From the IMG/VR virus record IMGVR_UViG_3300022309_000006, positions 1-61,934 of that record: DNA of 61,934 bases. One strand, 5' to 3'. How positions within the stretch are numbered: the stretch's first letter is position 1; the number at the start of each line of letters is the position of its first letter. This DNA comes from a virus. Taxonomy: Duplodnaviria; Caudoviricetes. A program made the position numbers and the translations under genes. Below the pieces are notes generated by a model, which saw only the letters and a list, made by a program, of their open reading frames with translations, ran no database searches and was not told where the DNA came from. This document shows, one piece after another, positions 1 through 9,956 of the stretch.

Positions 1-1
1 G

Positions 2-199
2 GAACGCTTCAGGATCCGCCGGGTGCCGGGCGGGATTGGCTTCACCCGGAACAACAATCCGGAAGTGACGATCGCCACGACGATCCTGGCGTCCGGGACC
101 GGCGTGACGATCTCGGTGTATCTCGAAAACAACGCGACGAGCAGCAAGCAATTAGACGTGGATTTTATCGATTTACTCGTGTCCGGGCTGACCCGCTGA
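2..199 (+). CDS. 3' end of a truncated virion-region protein (...ERFRIRRVPGGIGF...LVSGLTR)
   Basis: Frame open from the window start to TGA at 197-199; same orientation as the structural operon. Confidence 0.6.
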   Translation, partial: ERFRIRRVPGGIGFTRNNNPEVTIATTILASGTGVTISVYLENNATSSKQLDVDFIDLLVSGLTR

Positions 200-230
200 C
201 CGGGCCACGGCGTAACCCAGGAGGTGCCAC

Positions 231-428
231 ATGTTCTGTCCGACCGTGAAGGTGAAATGCCCCGCCAACCCCGGGAACCCGGCTGGCGAAATGATCATCA
301 ACCAGAGCGACTACGACGCGGCTCCCGATCAATACGAGCTGGTCTCCGACGCCCCGGTGGTAGACGCAGGCGCCCCGCCCGACGCCACCCCGGAGCCGAA
401 AGCCAAGCGAGTCAAGCGAGTCGGGTAA
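231..428 (+). CDS. small hypothetical protein of a type often found just after capsid genes
   Basis: AGGAGG RBS; 65 aa; TVKVK...G..IIN.SDYD motif. Confidence 0.7.
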   Translation: MFCPTVKVKCPANPGNPAGEMIINQSDYDAAPDQYELVSDAPVVDAGAPPDATPEPKAKRVKRVG

Positions 429-455
429 GACACCCGCACCTAACAGGAGGAACCG

Positions 456-2324
456 ATGGCGATTCAAGACGATTTCAGCGTCGCGGCCAATGGCGACATC
501 CGCTACACCGGCAGCAGTGCGAACTACACCGTCATCGCTCTGCACCGCTGGCTCGGCGATTTAATGGACGATGCTGCGGCCAGCGGGAACGACATCCTGG
601 ACATCACGGACGCCACGGCCTCCGAGCGCGCGACTGACAACCTCATCACGCTGAACGCCCCCTACAACATCGACGATACGGCCGCGCAGCACCTGTACGA
701 CGGCTCGATCGTCCAGGACGGCGGCAACACGATCTACGACGGCGTCGTGGTCATCGCCAACGCCGGGATGCGGCTCGAGATCATCCAGAACGGCGCGCTG
801 ATCTCCCCGAATTTCTGGACCACCGGCCTGAACGCCGATGCGGCCAACGGCATCAGTCACCGCTTCATGGTGAAGGTGCGGACTGGCGGGAGCGACACCG
901 ACGGCCGCCGGTTGATCGGGCTCACCCGGGAATTCGGGTTTTCGTATTCCGAATTCAAGATCAACGGCACGGCCCGCGGGAACAACGTCATGGCGTTGAC
1001 CTATGTGACGGACCTGAACAACCAGACGGCCGAGGGCACGGTCTCGGGCTGGTCGACCATTACCAACACCGAAGGATATCGCTCCATCGACGTGAACGGC
1101 GACACGACGCCGGAAAACTACTACAGCGAGTGGAACAAGGCCTCTTTCACGATCAATCAACTGTATGAGCGCATTAAGTGGCTCTCGCGGCGTGGCACAG
1201 GCAGCACGGTCTACGGACTCAGTGGGGTGCTGTTCCGCGGCATCACCCACGAAGTCAATCTCACGGGCGGCTCGGGGACCTGGAACGCGGTCGAAGCCGT
1301 GTCGTGGGGATCGGGCGGGACCGCCGGGACCGGCCAGATGCTGGCGGTGAACAACACGACCGCCACCAGCGCCACCAAGATGTGGATCCAGCTCATCTCG
1401 GGCGTGGCCCCCTCGGGGAGCGTAACGATCACGGGCGGCGGGTCGGGCGCGACGAACACGAACAGCGGCACCCCGACGGAGCGGACCATTCAATTCGGCG
1501 GCTCGGCCCCGATCACCTCGACCGGCTCGAGCCTCATCGGTAACTACGGGCTGGGCGTCGAGTCGGCGGACCTGTCGGCCTCCGATATTCTGTTTGATTT
1601 GACCAACACGCAGCGCAACCCGCCGAACAATGTGAGCTTCACGGTGAACGGGCTCGTGGCGTCGGAAGACCGGGTGCTGGTCACCCGGCTCGGCTACACC
1701 TTCGCGTTCAGCGGACAAACCTCCAACTTTGCCGACGGCGCCACCATCACGTTCTCGGGCGGCGGGACGGCCAAGCTCCTGGAGCAAACCGACCTGGGCG
1801 CCACCGGCTACTACACCGTGCGGATGCTGACCGGCGCGGTCCCGGCGGCGGCCGAGACGATGAGCGGCTCCGGCGACGGCACCGTGGCGAGCACCCCGGT
1901 GCCCACGATCGACGTCGAGCAATACACGAATGCGGCCCTCCTGAACGGCGCGTCCGTGACGTCCATCGTGGTGAACGAGACGATCGACAGCGACACCCCC
2001 GCGACCGGGACCATCCGGATCCTGCGGAACTCGGGCATCCGGACGGTCCACACGTACTCCAGCTGGGCCACCTCGACCTTCACGATTGCGAGCGCCGATT
2101 TTTCGACCGACAACGCGGCGTCGGGCAACGGGGTCTTTTCCACCTTCATCGACAAAGTCGCGGCGGCCACCGGCGAGAGCTTCACGGTCGTGTTCAACAC
2201 GACGCGCAACCTCTTTGTGCGAGTGCGGGACGGCGGCGGCTCGCCCATCAAGACGTTTGAAACGACCGGGACGTTGACGAGTGCCGGCGGGTCCACCACG
2301 GCGATCAGAACAACCGACACGTAA
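456..2324 (+). CDS. large Gly/Ser/Thr-rich virion structural protein (head fibre/appendage candidate)
   Basis: 622 aa, AGGAGG RBS, beta-rich composition, upstream of neck genes. Confidence 0.7.
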   Translation: MAIQDDFSVAANGDIRYTGSSANYTVIALHRWLGDLMDDAAASGNDILDITDATASERATDNLITLNAPYNIDDTAAQHLYDGSIVQDGGNTIYDGVVVIANAGMRLEIIQNGALISPNFWTTGLNADAANGISHRFMVKVRTGGSDTDGRRLIGLTREFGFSYSEFKINGTARGNNVMALTYVTDLNNQTAEGTVSGWSTITNTEGYRSIDVNGDTTPENYYSEWNKASFTINQLYERIKWLSRRGTGSTVYGLSGVLFRGITHEVNLTGGSGTWNAVEAVSWGSGGTAGTGQMLAVNNTTATSATKMWIQLISGVAPSGSVTITGGGSGATNTNSGTPTERTIQFGGSAPITSTGSSLIGNYGLGVESADLSASDILFDLTNTQRNPPNNVSFTVNGLVASEDRVLVTRLGYTFAFSGQTSNFADGATITFSGGGTAKLLEQTDLGATGYYTVRMLTGAVPAAAETMSGSGDGTVASTPVPTIDVEQYTNAALLNGASVTSIVVNETIDSDTPATGTIRILRNSGIRTVHTYSSWATSTFTIASADFSTDNAASGNGVFSTFIDKVAAATGESFTVVFNTTRNLFVRVRDGGGSPIKTFETTGTLTSAGGSTTAIRTTDT

Positions 2325-2338
2325 GCAAGGAGGGCTCG

Positions 2339-2830
2339 ATGGCGCAAGCACAATTCAGCTTACTGGACCACGCGACCTATACCAACGCCGGGATCACGGC
2401 GAACGGCGTGCATCAACTCTATTGCTCGCCGACGCAGGGCAACACCTTCAGCCTGACGAGCATGCGGATGATCATCGACTACCACAGCCTCGCGCCGAAC
2501 GACCTGCCGGGCGGCCTCGGCTTGGTGGTTGAAGGGAAGAACGGCGGGAACTGGTATCCCATCGCTCACCAATACGAGCGCTACTACAACAATGTGCAAG
2601 GCACCCAGCGGATCATCGTCTTGCAGCCGGACATCTCGCTCTACGACGACGGGATCGACTCGATCATTTACGTCGGCGGGCAAACGATCTGCCGGGTCTC
2701 CCGGCAACAAGGACGGGTCGGCAGCGATTGGCGTGTGAAATTGCTCCTCGATGAACGGGCCTATGGACAAGCGCAGGCGTTCACCGGGACCACGGTCTCC
2801 ATCATGGGGGAACTTTATGACGTCGCTTAG
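2339..2830 (+). CDS. hypothetical virion-associated protein
   Basis: 163 aa, AGGAGG RBS. Confidence 0.65.
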   Translation: MAQAQFSLLDHATYTNAGITANGVHQLYCSPTQGNTFSLTSMRMIIDYHSLAPNDLPGGLGLVVEGKNGGNWYPIAHQYERYYNNVQGTQRIIVLQPDISLYDDGIDSIIYVGGQTICRVSRQQGRVGSDWRVKLLLDERAYGQAQAFTGTTVSIMGELYDVA

Positions 2831-3005
2831 CTGTCCCTACTGCGCCGGTGCCGACTTCGCCGACATCGCCGAGCGACGCCCCGGGCAATTCGTGCAACAG
2901 TGCGGCACCTGTCAGCAATTCTCGGTACAGGTGCGTCCGAGCGGGCGCCGGTACGCCATGAGTAATCCGCAGAACCAGAACTCGGAACCACAGACGAGAC
3001 CTTAA
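2817..3005 (+). CDS. small Zn-ribbon protein
   Basis: CPYC...CGTC; ATG 2817; stop overlaps next start (TAATG). Confidence 0.5.
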   Translation: MTSLSCPYCAGADFADIAERRPGQFVQQCGTCQQFSVQVRPSGRRYAMSNPQNQNSEPQTRP

Positions 3006-4789
3006 TGGCGTCGGTGACTTCCAATTTGACGCGCGTGCATGACCTAGAAGGCTCACCCACCTTTAGCAACATTGGATCGGGCGGCGGCGCGGGTGTGAAC
3101 ACAGACATTTTTCTGCAAGCCTCACAATCAGGAGCGCGTCGTCGGTCTGGTGTGACGCTGGAGGGGTTCTGGCTCGATGACGGCGCGGGCAACAATCTCT
3201 CAGCCGCCGATTGCCATGTGGCGATGTGGTGCTGGGTGACCCACTACGGGAACCTCACCGCCCTGCAGGTGTGGCTCGGCGATTCCACAAGCGTCTACGA
3301 TCAGCACGCTCTGAATTTGACGGAATACCCGGCCCTGGGCGGCTGGGTGCGGGTCTGGATCGATGTGTCACGGACCCCTGACGCCACAGCGGGCGGCGGA
3401 TCAGGCGAATCTTCGGTGCGCTATTTCGGACTGGCCGTGTCGCTCCCGTCGGTCGGCGGCACCTCGCCCAACGTGGTCATGGATGCCATCGACTATGTAA
3501 ACGGCGGCGCGGCCCTCGTGCTGACCGGCACCAGCGGCGTGTTTGCCGACTTCGCTACCAGCGATCAAAACACCACCAATCAGTATGGCGTCTTTCGATT
3601 GGTCGGCGGCGTCTATAACTGCCTGGCCCGGGTGCAGCTCGGCTCGGCTTCCTCGCTGGTGTTCACCGATGGGAGTTTTACCATCATCTTTCCCCAGCAA
3701 GCGCTCGTCAACGACACCTGGATGGGCATCACCATCGACTTGCAGCACGCGAGCACGTCGGTGACGTGGCTGAGCTGTGTGGTGCAATCAAGCGCGACCA
3801 AGAAGGGGGACTTGGTCGTCACGGGGACCAGCGGGACGTTCACGGCCGTGGGCCTCGTCGCCGGGAACCTGCGGATCGTCACCCTGAACTCCAAGTGCTC
3901 GGTGACCCAAAGCGCCATCGGGTCCTGCGGGCAAATCACCGCCGCGGGCGCGACGCTCACGAGCACCCAAGTCTCCGGCTACGAAGGCACGGCCAATACC
4001 TCGGCGCTGATTTGGGACGTCGCAACGAATCCCAGCACCCCGATGACCGGCATGACCTACACGAAGGGCACGGCGGCGACGCATGCTATTGAATTTGGCA
4101 CGACTTCACCGACCAGCATGACGCTCACGAATGTGACGTTCAGCGGGTACAACGCGAGCAACAACGTCAACGACTCGGCCATCCATTTCAAGCGCACGAC
4201 CGGCACCGTGACGTTGACGATCAGTGGCGGGACGACCCCCAGCTACCGGACCGATGGGGCGACGATCTCGATTGTGGCCGGAGCCGTCACGGTCGCGGTC
4301 AACGTGAAGAACACGAGCGGGTCGAACATCTCCGGAGCGAGAGTCCTCCTCAAGGCGGCCTCAGGGGGGCCCTTCCCCTTCGACGTGACCGTGACGATCA
4401 GCAACAGCGGCACGACCGCGACGGTGACGCACACCGGCCACGGGCTGGCGACGAACGACTATGTCGTGATCAAGGGGGCCTCGCTCGCGGCGAATAATGG
4501 CGTATGGCAGATCACGGTGACCGGGTCGAATTCCTATACCTACACGATGGCGAGCTCGCCCGGCTCGAGTCCGACCGGCACGATCAAAGCGACCTACGCC
4601 TGCCTCTATGGCACGACCGATGGGAGCGGCAATCTCTCAACATCAAAAGTGTACAGCTCCGCGCAGCCGGTGAGCGGGTGGGTGCGGAAAGCGACCGGCA
4701 GCCCGCTCTACAAAACCGCGGCGCTGGGCGGCTCGGTGAGCAATTCCACCGGCTATAGCGCCTCGGTGCAGATGATCGCCGATGAGTAA
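3005..4789 (+). CDS. virion fibre/appendage protein with beta-helix-like middle and small inserted beta domain
   Basis: 594 aa, T/S/G-rich; HGLATNDYVVIKGA...NNG motif near the C-terminus. Confidence 0.65.
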   Translation: MASVTSNLTRVHDLEGSPTFSNIGSGGGAGVNTDIFLQASQSGARRRSGVTLEGFWLDDGAGNNLSAADCHVAMWCWVTHYGNLTALQVWLGDSTSVYDQHALNLTEYPALGGWVRVWIDVSRTPDATAGGGSGESSVRYFGLAVSLPSVGGTSPNVVMDAIDYVNGGAALVLTGTSGVFADFATSDQNTTNQYGVFRLVGGVYNCLARVQLGSASSLVFTDGSFTIIFPQQALVNDTWMGITIDLQHASTSVTWLSCVVQSSATKKGDLVVTGTSGTFTAVGLVAGNLRIVTLNSKCSVTQSAIGSCGQITAAGATLTSTQVSGYEGTANTSALIWDVATNPSTPMTGMTYTKGTAATHAIEFGTTSPTSMTLTNVTFSGYNASNNVNDSAIHFKRTTGTVTLTISGGTTPSYRTDGATISIVAGAVTVAVNVKNTSGSNISGARVLLKAASGGPFPFDVTVTISNSGTTATVTHTGHGLATNDYVVIKGASLAANNGVWQITVTGSNSYTYTMASSPGSSPTGTIKATYACLYGTTDGSGNLSTSKVYSSAQPVSGWVRKATGSPLYKTAALGGSVSNSTGYSASVQMIADE

Positions 4790-5000
4790 CGACATCACCA
4801 TCACGGCCCTGCCCCGGCGGAACGCCACGGCGGTGGAGCAGACGATCCGCGAGCACGAAGCGCTCCTGCGGGACGGCCTCCGGACGATTCAGGTCCTGCA
4901 GGCCACGGTCGCGCAGCTCAGCACCCGGCTCGAGCACGTCGAACACCGACTCGCCCGGGTGATGGGACAGCAACTCGGGACCGGCCCGACGGAGCGATAG
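4782..5000 (+). CDS. small coiled-coil protein
   Basis: 72 aa, heptad pattern, overlaps upstream stop. Confidence 0.55.
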   Translation: MSNDITITALPRRNATAVEQTIREHEALLRDGLRTIQVLQATVAQLSTRLEHVEHRLARVMGQQLGTGPTER

Positions 5001-5549
5001 GTGGCGATTACGATCGACTGGGGGCAGCGGATCATCAACGTGCCGCAGGCCGATCTCACGGCGCTCGGGGGGACCGTCTACGAGCTGGACGTAGATGCGT
5101 TTCGATTGACGCTGAAAGACCTGGAGGATGACGAGGCAGGCATGGCGTATCCCGACACCCACCGGCACAACACCGAAGTGACGCTCTCGGGCGTGACGTA
5201 TGCCCGGACCTTCGAGATCATCAACCAGTACACGGTCTCGTTCGAATACACCGGCACGCCCTACCTGGTGAGCTGCGTGGGCGCGAACCATAACCTCGGC
5301 GACGTGACGAACTTCGACGGCGGCGCCAGCCTGCTGATCGGCAATAGCGCCGGGTTGATCGTGAAGACCGTCGGGAGCGGGTTGAGCACCCCGCAAGACA
5401 CCCTGCTGACCCGGATCGGCGACATCCTGGAGGCCGACGAAGAGATCCGCGCCACGACGTTTAAGAAATTCCTGAAAGGGACCACGACCCCGTTGGTGAG
5501 CAAGACCGTCACGAAAGTCGGGAACGATGTGGATCTGCAGGAGCCCTGA
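5001..5549 (+). CDS. hypothetical virion protein
   Basis: 182 aa, GTG start, tightly packed operon. Confidence 0.65.
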   Translation: MAITIDWGQRIINVPQADLTALGGTVYELDVDAFRLTLKDLEDDEAGMAYPDTHRHNTEVTLSGVTYARTFEIINQYTVSFEYTGTPYLVSCVGANHNLGDVTNFDGGASLLIGNSAGLIVKTVGSGLSTPQDTLLTRIGDILEADEEIRATTFKKFLKGTTTPLVSKTVTKVGNDVDLQEP

Positions 5550-5731
5550 TGTGGAACAGCCTCTGGTACCTGCAGGGCGGGGGCGGCACCACCGGGGTCG
5601 TCCTGATAAGCGGAGGAGCAATCATGGAACCGTTACAAGCTGAGCTGGTCGACACGACCCTCGAGGCCGAATTGACCGACACCGTCCTGGCGGCCGACTT
5701 GGTGCCAGCGCTGGAAGCGGAGGTGGAGTGA
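5549..5731 (+). CDS. small acidic hypothetical protein
   Basis: 60 aa; TGATG coupling on both sides. Confidence 0.45.
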   Translation: MWNSLWYLQGGGGTTGVVLISGGAIMEPLQAELVDTTLEAELTDTVLAADLVPALEAEVE

Positions 5732-6081
5732 TGGCTACCGCCCTCGGCGCCCCGGTGACGTGCGATCTCGAACGCAGCGAAGACGACACCGACGACATCA
5801 CGGTCCACTTGACGAACGCGGACGGCACCGACGCCACCGTGGTGGGTTGGACCGCCACGCTGTCGATCGGCCCCGATGCCGACACCCTGGGGACCGGCTA
5901 CCAAGCCACCTACCCGGGGACCGGCGTATCGGGCGGGCTGATCCCGATCAACATGGATGCCTTCGACGTGCCGATCGGCAGCTACAAGTACGACATCCGG
6001 ATCACCGACACCGTGACGGGCGACACCCCCGCGCGGGTCTATTTCAAGGGCAAGTTCAAAGTGACGAGCCGGATCAACTAA
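5731..6081 (+). CDS. BppU-N-like beta-sandwich virion protein
   Basis: GSYKYDIRITD...YFKGKFKV pattern; GGAG RBS. Confidence 0.55.
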   Translation: MATALGAPVTCDLERSEDDTDDITVHLTNADGTDATVVGWTATLSIGPDADTLGTGYQATYPGTGVSGGLIPINMDAFDVPIGSYKYDIRITDTVTGDTPARVYFKGKFKVTSRIN

Positions 6082-6090
6082 GGGGGCCGC

Positions 6091-6597
6091 ATGCCAGTCA
6101 CACTGATCGCAACCGCCGGTGACGCCAACGCCAACAGCTACAGCACGCTCGCGGAGGCCACGGCCTACCACGACACCCACCTGTACGGGAGCGCCTGGAC
6201 CAACGCGGACCCGGACGACCAGGCCCGCGCGCTCATCTGGGCCACCCGGATCCTGGATGCCGAAGTGAACTGGGTCGGGAGCAAGTACACGGCGGACCAA
6301 GCCTTGCGCTGGCCCCGGAGCAGCGTGCTGGACCGGGATGGCTACACCGTGGCGGTCGACGCGATCCCGACGTTCCTCAAGCAGGCCACCGCGGAGCTGG
6401 CCCGGTGGCTGTTGACCGAGGACCGGACTGCCGAACGCGGCTACGGGATCACCCGGCTGAAAGCCGACGTCGTCGAGCTCGAATTCGACAAGAGCGACGA
6501 GCGGCCCATGCTGCCCGAGGCCGTCCTGTCGCTGATCGCCGGGTACGGCGACGCGGGCGCGCAGATTTCGGGCGTCGTGAAGCTCGTGAGGGTCTGA
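6091..6597 (+). CDS. head-tail adaptor (DnaT-like annotated family)
   Basis: ANSYSTLAEA..Y, QALRWPR and KQATAELA motifs; position before neck genes. Confidence 0.8.
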   Translation: MPVTLIATAGDANANSYSTLAEATAYHDTHLYGSAWTNADPDDQARALIWATRILDAEVNWVGSKYTADQALRWPRSSVLDRDGYTVAVDAIPTFLKQATAELARWLLTEDRTAERGYGITRLKADVVELEFDKSDERPMLPEAVLSLIAGYGDAGAQISGVVKLVRV

Positions 6598-6959
6598 TGG
6601 GGCTGAGCGAAACGATCCAGAAGTTTGTCCAGAGCGGCCTGAAAGCCACCGGCAACCTCCGGAAGGCCGCCACCTACCAGGTGGCCGGGACGCCTGTGTA
6701 CAACCCGACGACCGGCACCCCCACCGTCTCGACCACGACCTACGCGATCGAGGCCCTGTTCACGAGTTTCAGCGACCGCGAGATCGACGGCGATCGCATC
6801 CGCCCCGAGGACCAGAAGTGCCTGGTGGCCGGGCTCGACCTGGCGGTAACGCCCGGCAAGAACGACACGATCCTGGTGGGGACGGCCGTCTGGTCGGTCG
6901 TGGAGATCCGCGGCATCCCGAGCGACGGGCTCTGGATCCTGCAGGTCAGGAGACCCTAG
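6597..6959 (+). CDS. head closure/head-tail joining protein
   Basis: YNPTTG and IDGDRIRPED motifs; synteny. Confidence 0.75.
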   Translation: MGLSETIQKFVQSGLKATGNLRKAATYQVAGTPVYNPTTGTPTVSTTTYAIEALFTSFSDREIDGDRIRPEDQKCLVAGLDLAVTPGKNDTILVGTAVWSVVEIRGIPSDGLWILQVRRP

Positions 6960-7424
6960 ATGGCGAGCGCGGAACAACAGCAACACCTGTTCAACTTCGA
7001 CCGGGACCTCGCGCGCTTCGCCAAGGCCCTGCAGATCGAGCTGGTGACGCTGATGAAAAAGATCGGGTTTGATCTCCTGGCCCGCATCGTGTCCCGGACG
7101 CCGGTCGACACCGGCCGGGCCCGGGCCAGCTGGGTCATCACGATCGGCGATCCCAGCGAGACCACCGCCCCTGCGGGCGAACACAAGCAGTACCAGACCG
7201 GCGAGGCCCCGAGCCCCCCGGCGGGCGTGGTGGCGGTGGAGCAGGCAAGCGCGGCGCTTGCCAGCGTCCAGGCCTACGACGACATCTGGATCGCCAATAA
7301 CCTGCCCTACATCGAGCGCCTCGAGCACGGGCACAGCGGCCAAGCCCCCAGCGGGATGGTGGCGCTGGCGATCCAGGAGACCGAGACCGAACTCGACGTG
7401 GCGCTCCGGGAGGTGCCGGGATGA
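6960..7424 (+). CDS. neck/tail completion protein (HK97 gp10-like)
   Basis: TPVDTGRARASW, NNLPYIERLEHGHSGQAP.GMV. Confidence 0.85.
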   Translation: MASAEQQQHLFNFDRDLARFAKALQIELVTLMKKIGFDLLARIVSRTPVDTGRARASWVITIGDPSETTAPAGEHKQYQTGEAPSPPAGVVAVEQASAALASVQAYDDIWIANNLPYIERLEHGHSGQAPSGMVALAIQETETELDVALREVPG

Positions 7425-7831
7425 GCGGCTACGCCGACGAACGCCAGGCCATCGAAGCCCGCCTCGCGGCCAACTTCACGGCCATTCCGATCCAGTACGA
7501 GAACAGCCCGCTGCAAGAGTTGAAGACCGCCTACTGCGCGGTGTTCATCCGGCGCGGCGAGGGCCACCAGATCACGCTCGGCGACAGCCCCCAGCTGCAC
7601 CGTTGGGCAGGCGTCATCATCGTGCAGGTGTTTGTCCCGGAGCACACCGGGACCCAGGCGGCCGCCACCTACGCCGACAGCATCGCGGCCGTGTTTCAGC
7701 GTCAAGAGTTTTCAGCCGGTGCCAGCGGGCTGATCCGCTGCCGGACGCCGCACGCGGAAGCCGCGGGCGCCCGGAACGGTTGGTACCAGCTCAACGTGGT
7801 GATCCCCTACATCAGGGACAAAACCATCTAA
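7421..7831 (+). CDS. tail terminator protein
   Basis: GVIIVQVFVP..G, WYQLNVVIPY; synteny. Confidence 0.8.
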   Translation: MSGYADERQAIEARLAANFTAIPIQYENSPLQELKTAYCAVFIRRGEGHQITLGDSPQLHRWAGVIIVQVFVPEHTGTQAAATYADSIAAVFQRQEFSAGASGLIRCRTPHAEAAGARNGWYQLNVVIPYIRDKTI

Positions 7832-7872
7832 CCCCGGGGGAACACCCGCCCGGTTCACAAAGGAGGCATCCC

Positions 7873-9033
7873 GTGGCACAAGCAGAAAGCAACCGCGTTG
7901 CCCTACACATCAGCGAGGAAACCGCCTGGGACGAAGTACCCAGCACCCCCACGATGGTGGAGCTGCCCTACACCAGCGAGACCATCGCCTACGAGAAACG
8001 GACCGTCCGGAGCAACATCGTGCGGGCCGATCGGCTGACCGACGACATCATCGAAGTCGGCGCCGGGAGCGGCGGGGACATCAACATCGAGTACAAATTC
8101 ACCGACTTTGAGCTGCTCATCGAAGGCGCCCTGGGCAGCAAGTTCACCGACGGGACCGCGACCTTCACGGGCTCGTCTAACTTGAGCTTCGCCGCCAGCG
8201 GCGGGGGCACCCAAGTGCTGACGGCCCCGGCGTCGACCTGGGTGAATTTCGATGTAGGCGCATGGGTGCGGGTCTCCGGCGCGGACGCGGCCAATAACGG
8301 CGTGTTCAGGATCACCGCCATCACCTCGACGGATTTGACCATCACCAATCCGAGCGGGACGGTCCAGGCGAGCAGCTCCGCCACCGTCTCGCAGAAAATG
8401 GCCCGGACCGGGACCAACAAGTACAGCTACCTGGTGGAAAAGAGCTTCAACGACGTTACCCAATTCATCCACTACCGCGGCATGCGGGTCTCGACCTGGG
8501 CGATGAACATCGAAGCCGAGCAGATCATCACCGGCTCGTTCGGGCTCTTGGGCTCGCGGGCGGTGTCGCAAGGTACGACCATCAGCGGCAGCAAGAACGC
8601 GGCGGCCGGGCTGTCGGTCTGCGGCGCCACCAGCAACGTGGGCACCCTGCAGGAGAACGGCACCGGGCTGACCACGCCGGTGAAGGCCCTCCGGTTCAAC
8701 CTGAACGCCAACCCCCGGCAGCTCACGGCCGTGGGGAACAAATACCCGATCGGCATCAACCTCGGGAGCTTCGAGATCACCGGCAGCCTGGATGTGTACT
8801 TCGAGGACGCCACCCTCTACACCAAATTCCTGGACCACAACGACTCGAACCTGACGGTCGAGATCGACAGCCCCGAGGACGACCGGACCATCATCACGAT
8901 CAGCAACCTGAAGTTTACGAACGCCGCGCCGGTCGGCGCCGGGCTGAACCAGGACGTCATGCTGACGATGGAATTCACCGCGAAGCGGAACACGACGAGC
9001 GGCGCGATGATGCAGGTCGATCTGTTGACGTAA
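7873..9033 (+). CDS. major tail tube protein
   Basis: GTG 7873 after AGGAGG; EETAW, SYLVEKSFND, YRGMRV, ITGSLDVYFED. Confidence 0.85.
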   Translation: MAQAESNRVALHISEETAWDEVPSTPTMVELPYTSETIAYEKRTVRSNIVRADRLTDDIIEVGAGSGGDINIEYKFTDFELLIEGALGSKFTDGTATFTGSSNLSFAASGGGTQVLTAPASTWVNFDVGAWVRVSGADAANNGVFRITAITSTDLTITNPSGTVQASSSATVSQKMARTGTNKYSYLVEKSFNDVTQFIHYRGMRVSTWAMNIEAEQIITGSFGLLGSRAVSQGTTISGSKNAAAGLSVCGATSNVGTLQENGTGLTTPVKALRFNLNANPRQLTAVGNKYPIGINLGSFEITGSLDVYFEDATLYTKFLDHNDSNLTVEIDSPEDDRTIITISNLKFTNAAPVGAGLNQDVMLTMEFTAKRNTTSGAMMQVDLLT

Positions 9034-9067
9034 GGACGCCCCGCACGGCGCCAGGGTCGGGGCCCTA

Positions 9068-9124
9068 TCCCCCGGCCCGCCGCCGTGCGGACCCGTGGGG
9101 CCGGGATGGGATGCCCCTCATCCC
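9068..9124 (+). terminator. GC-rich hairpins after tail tube gene (possible terminator/attenuator)
   Basis: CCCGGCCC...GGGCCGGG and GGGATG-cccct-CATCCC inverted repeats; no clear U-tract. Confidence 0.35.
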
Positions 9125-9168
9125 GAAACCCCACCACCCGTGTCATTCACCCAAGGAGGTAACACCTG

Positions 9169-9609
9169 ATGGACATCCTGCGCGAAATGGGCACCGATTC
9201 AAAGAAGGCAGTCGAGGGCATCTGGATTGTGCTGGAGGACAGCGGAGACCACGAAGTCCCAGAGGACGAGATCGGCGATCGTCCGGCCGTGAAGATCGCC
9301 CGGGCCGACAACATCCACTACCAGAAGGCGCTCCGGAAACGGCTGGCCCCCTTGGTGGCCCGCGGCCGACGCATAGGCCTAGACCCCGAGGCCCAAGCGA
9401 AAGCCGAAGCCGAAAGCCTGCACGGGACCGTGCTGTTGGATTGGCGGAACCTCGTGGCGGGCAATGCCCCGTTTGACTTCAGCCGGGCCAACGTCGTGAA
9501 GGTGTGGACCGACATCGCGTATGTGGTGTTCAAGGACCGGCTCGCAGGCCTGATCCAGGACGCCGAACTGTTCCGCCTGGAACTGCAGGAGGAGCGCGAA
9601 AAAAACTAA
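9169..9609 (+). CDS. tail assembly chaperone (gpG-like)
   Basis: Between tail tube and tape measure; AAGGAGG RBS; ends in slippery A AAA AAC TAA. Confidence 0.85.
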   Translation: MDILREMGTDSKKAVEGIWIVLEDSGDHEVPEDEIGDRPAVKIARADNIHYQKALRKRLAPLVARGRRIGLDPEAQAKAEAESLHGTVLLDWRNLVAGNAPFDFSRANVVKVWTDIAYVVFKDRLAGLIQDAELFRLELQEEREKN

Positions 9610-9956
9610 CCGCGGTCCTGGAATGGCAGCTGGCCTACGGTAAAGATGAGGCCTTTTATGCCGCCCAAGGACCGGACCATAAGGTCAACCAGAGCCGCCC
9701 CGATCTCGACGAGGAGAACGCCCTGTTGATGCAAGTTTTCACCATGCTGCACCCGTCCCGGCCCGTGCATTTCGGCGGCCCCGGCCCGATCCCCCTGCAG
9801 GAGATCGAAGCCTTCTGCCGGATGGCCGGGTTTGACGACGCTGAACGGTTCGACCTGGCGATGGAGATCCGCGGGCTCGACCTGCTGTACCTGCAGCTCT
9901 ACGACCGGCAGCAACAAACCAAGCGGACCATCCTGCAGCCGAAAGGAAACGTCTGA
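9600..9956 (+). CDS. tail assembly chaperone C-terminal extension (gpT-like) reached by -1 frameshift
   Basis: -1 frame open through the slippery site to TGA 9954-9956; SRPVHFGGPGPIPLQEI motif. Confidence 0.8.
   Translation, partial: KKLTAVLEWQLAYGKDEAFYAAQGPDHKVNQSRPDLDEENALLMQVFTMLHPSRPVHFGGPGPIPLQEIEAFCRMAGFDDAERFDLAMEIRGLDLLYLQLYDRQQQTKRTILQPKGNV

Noticed and set aside
7069-7872. N-terminal 268-aa extension of the tail tube ORF in the ORF track
   Set aside because: Overlaps two real neck genes; the true start is GTG 7873 behind AGGAGG
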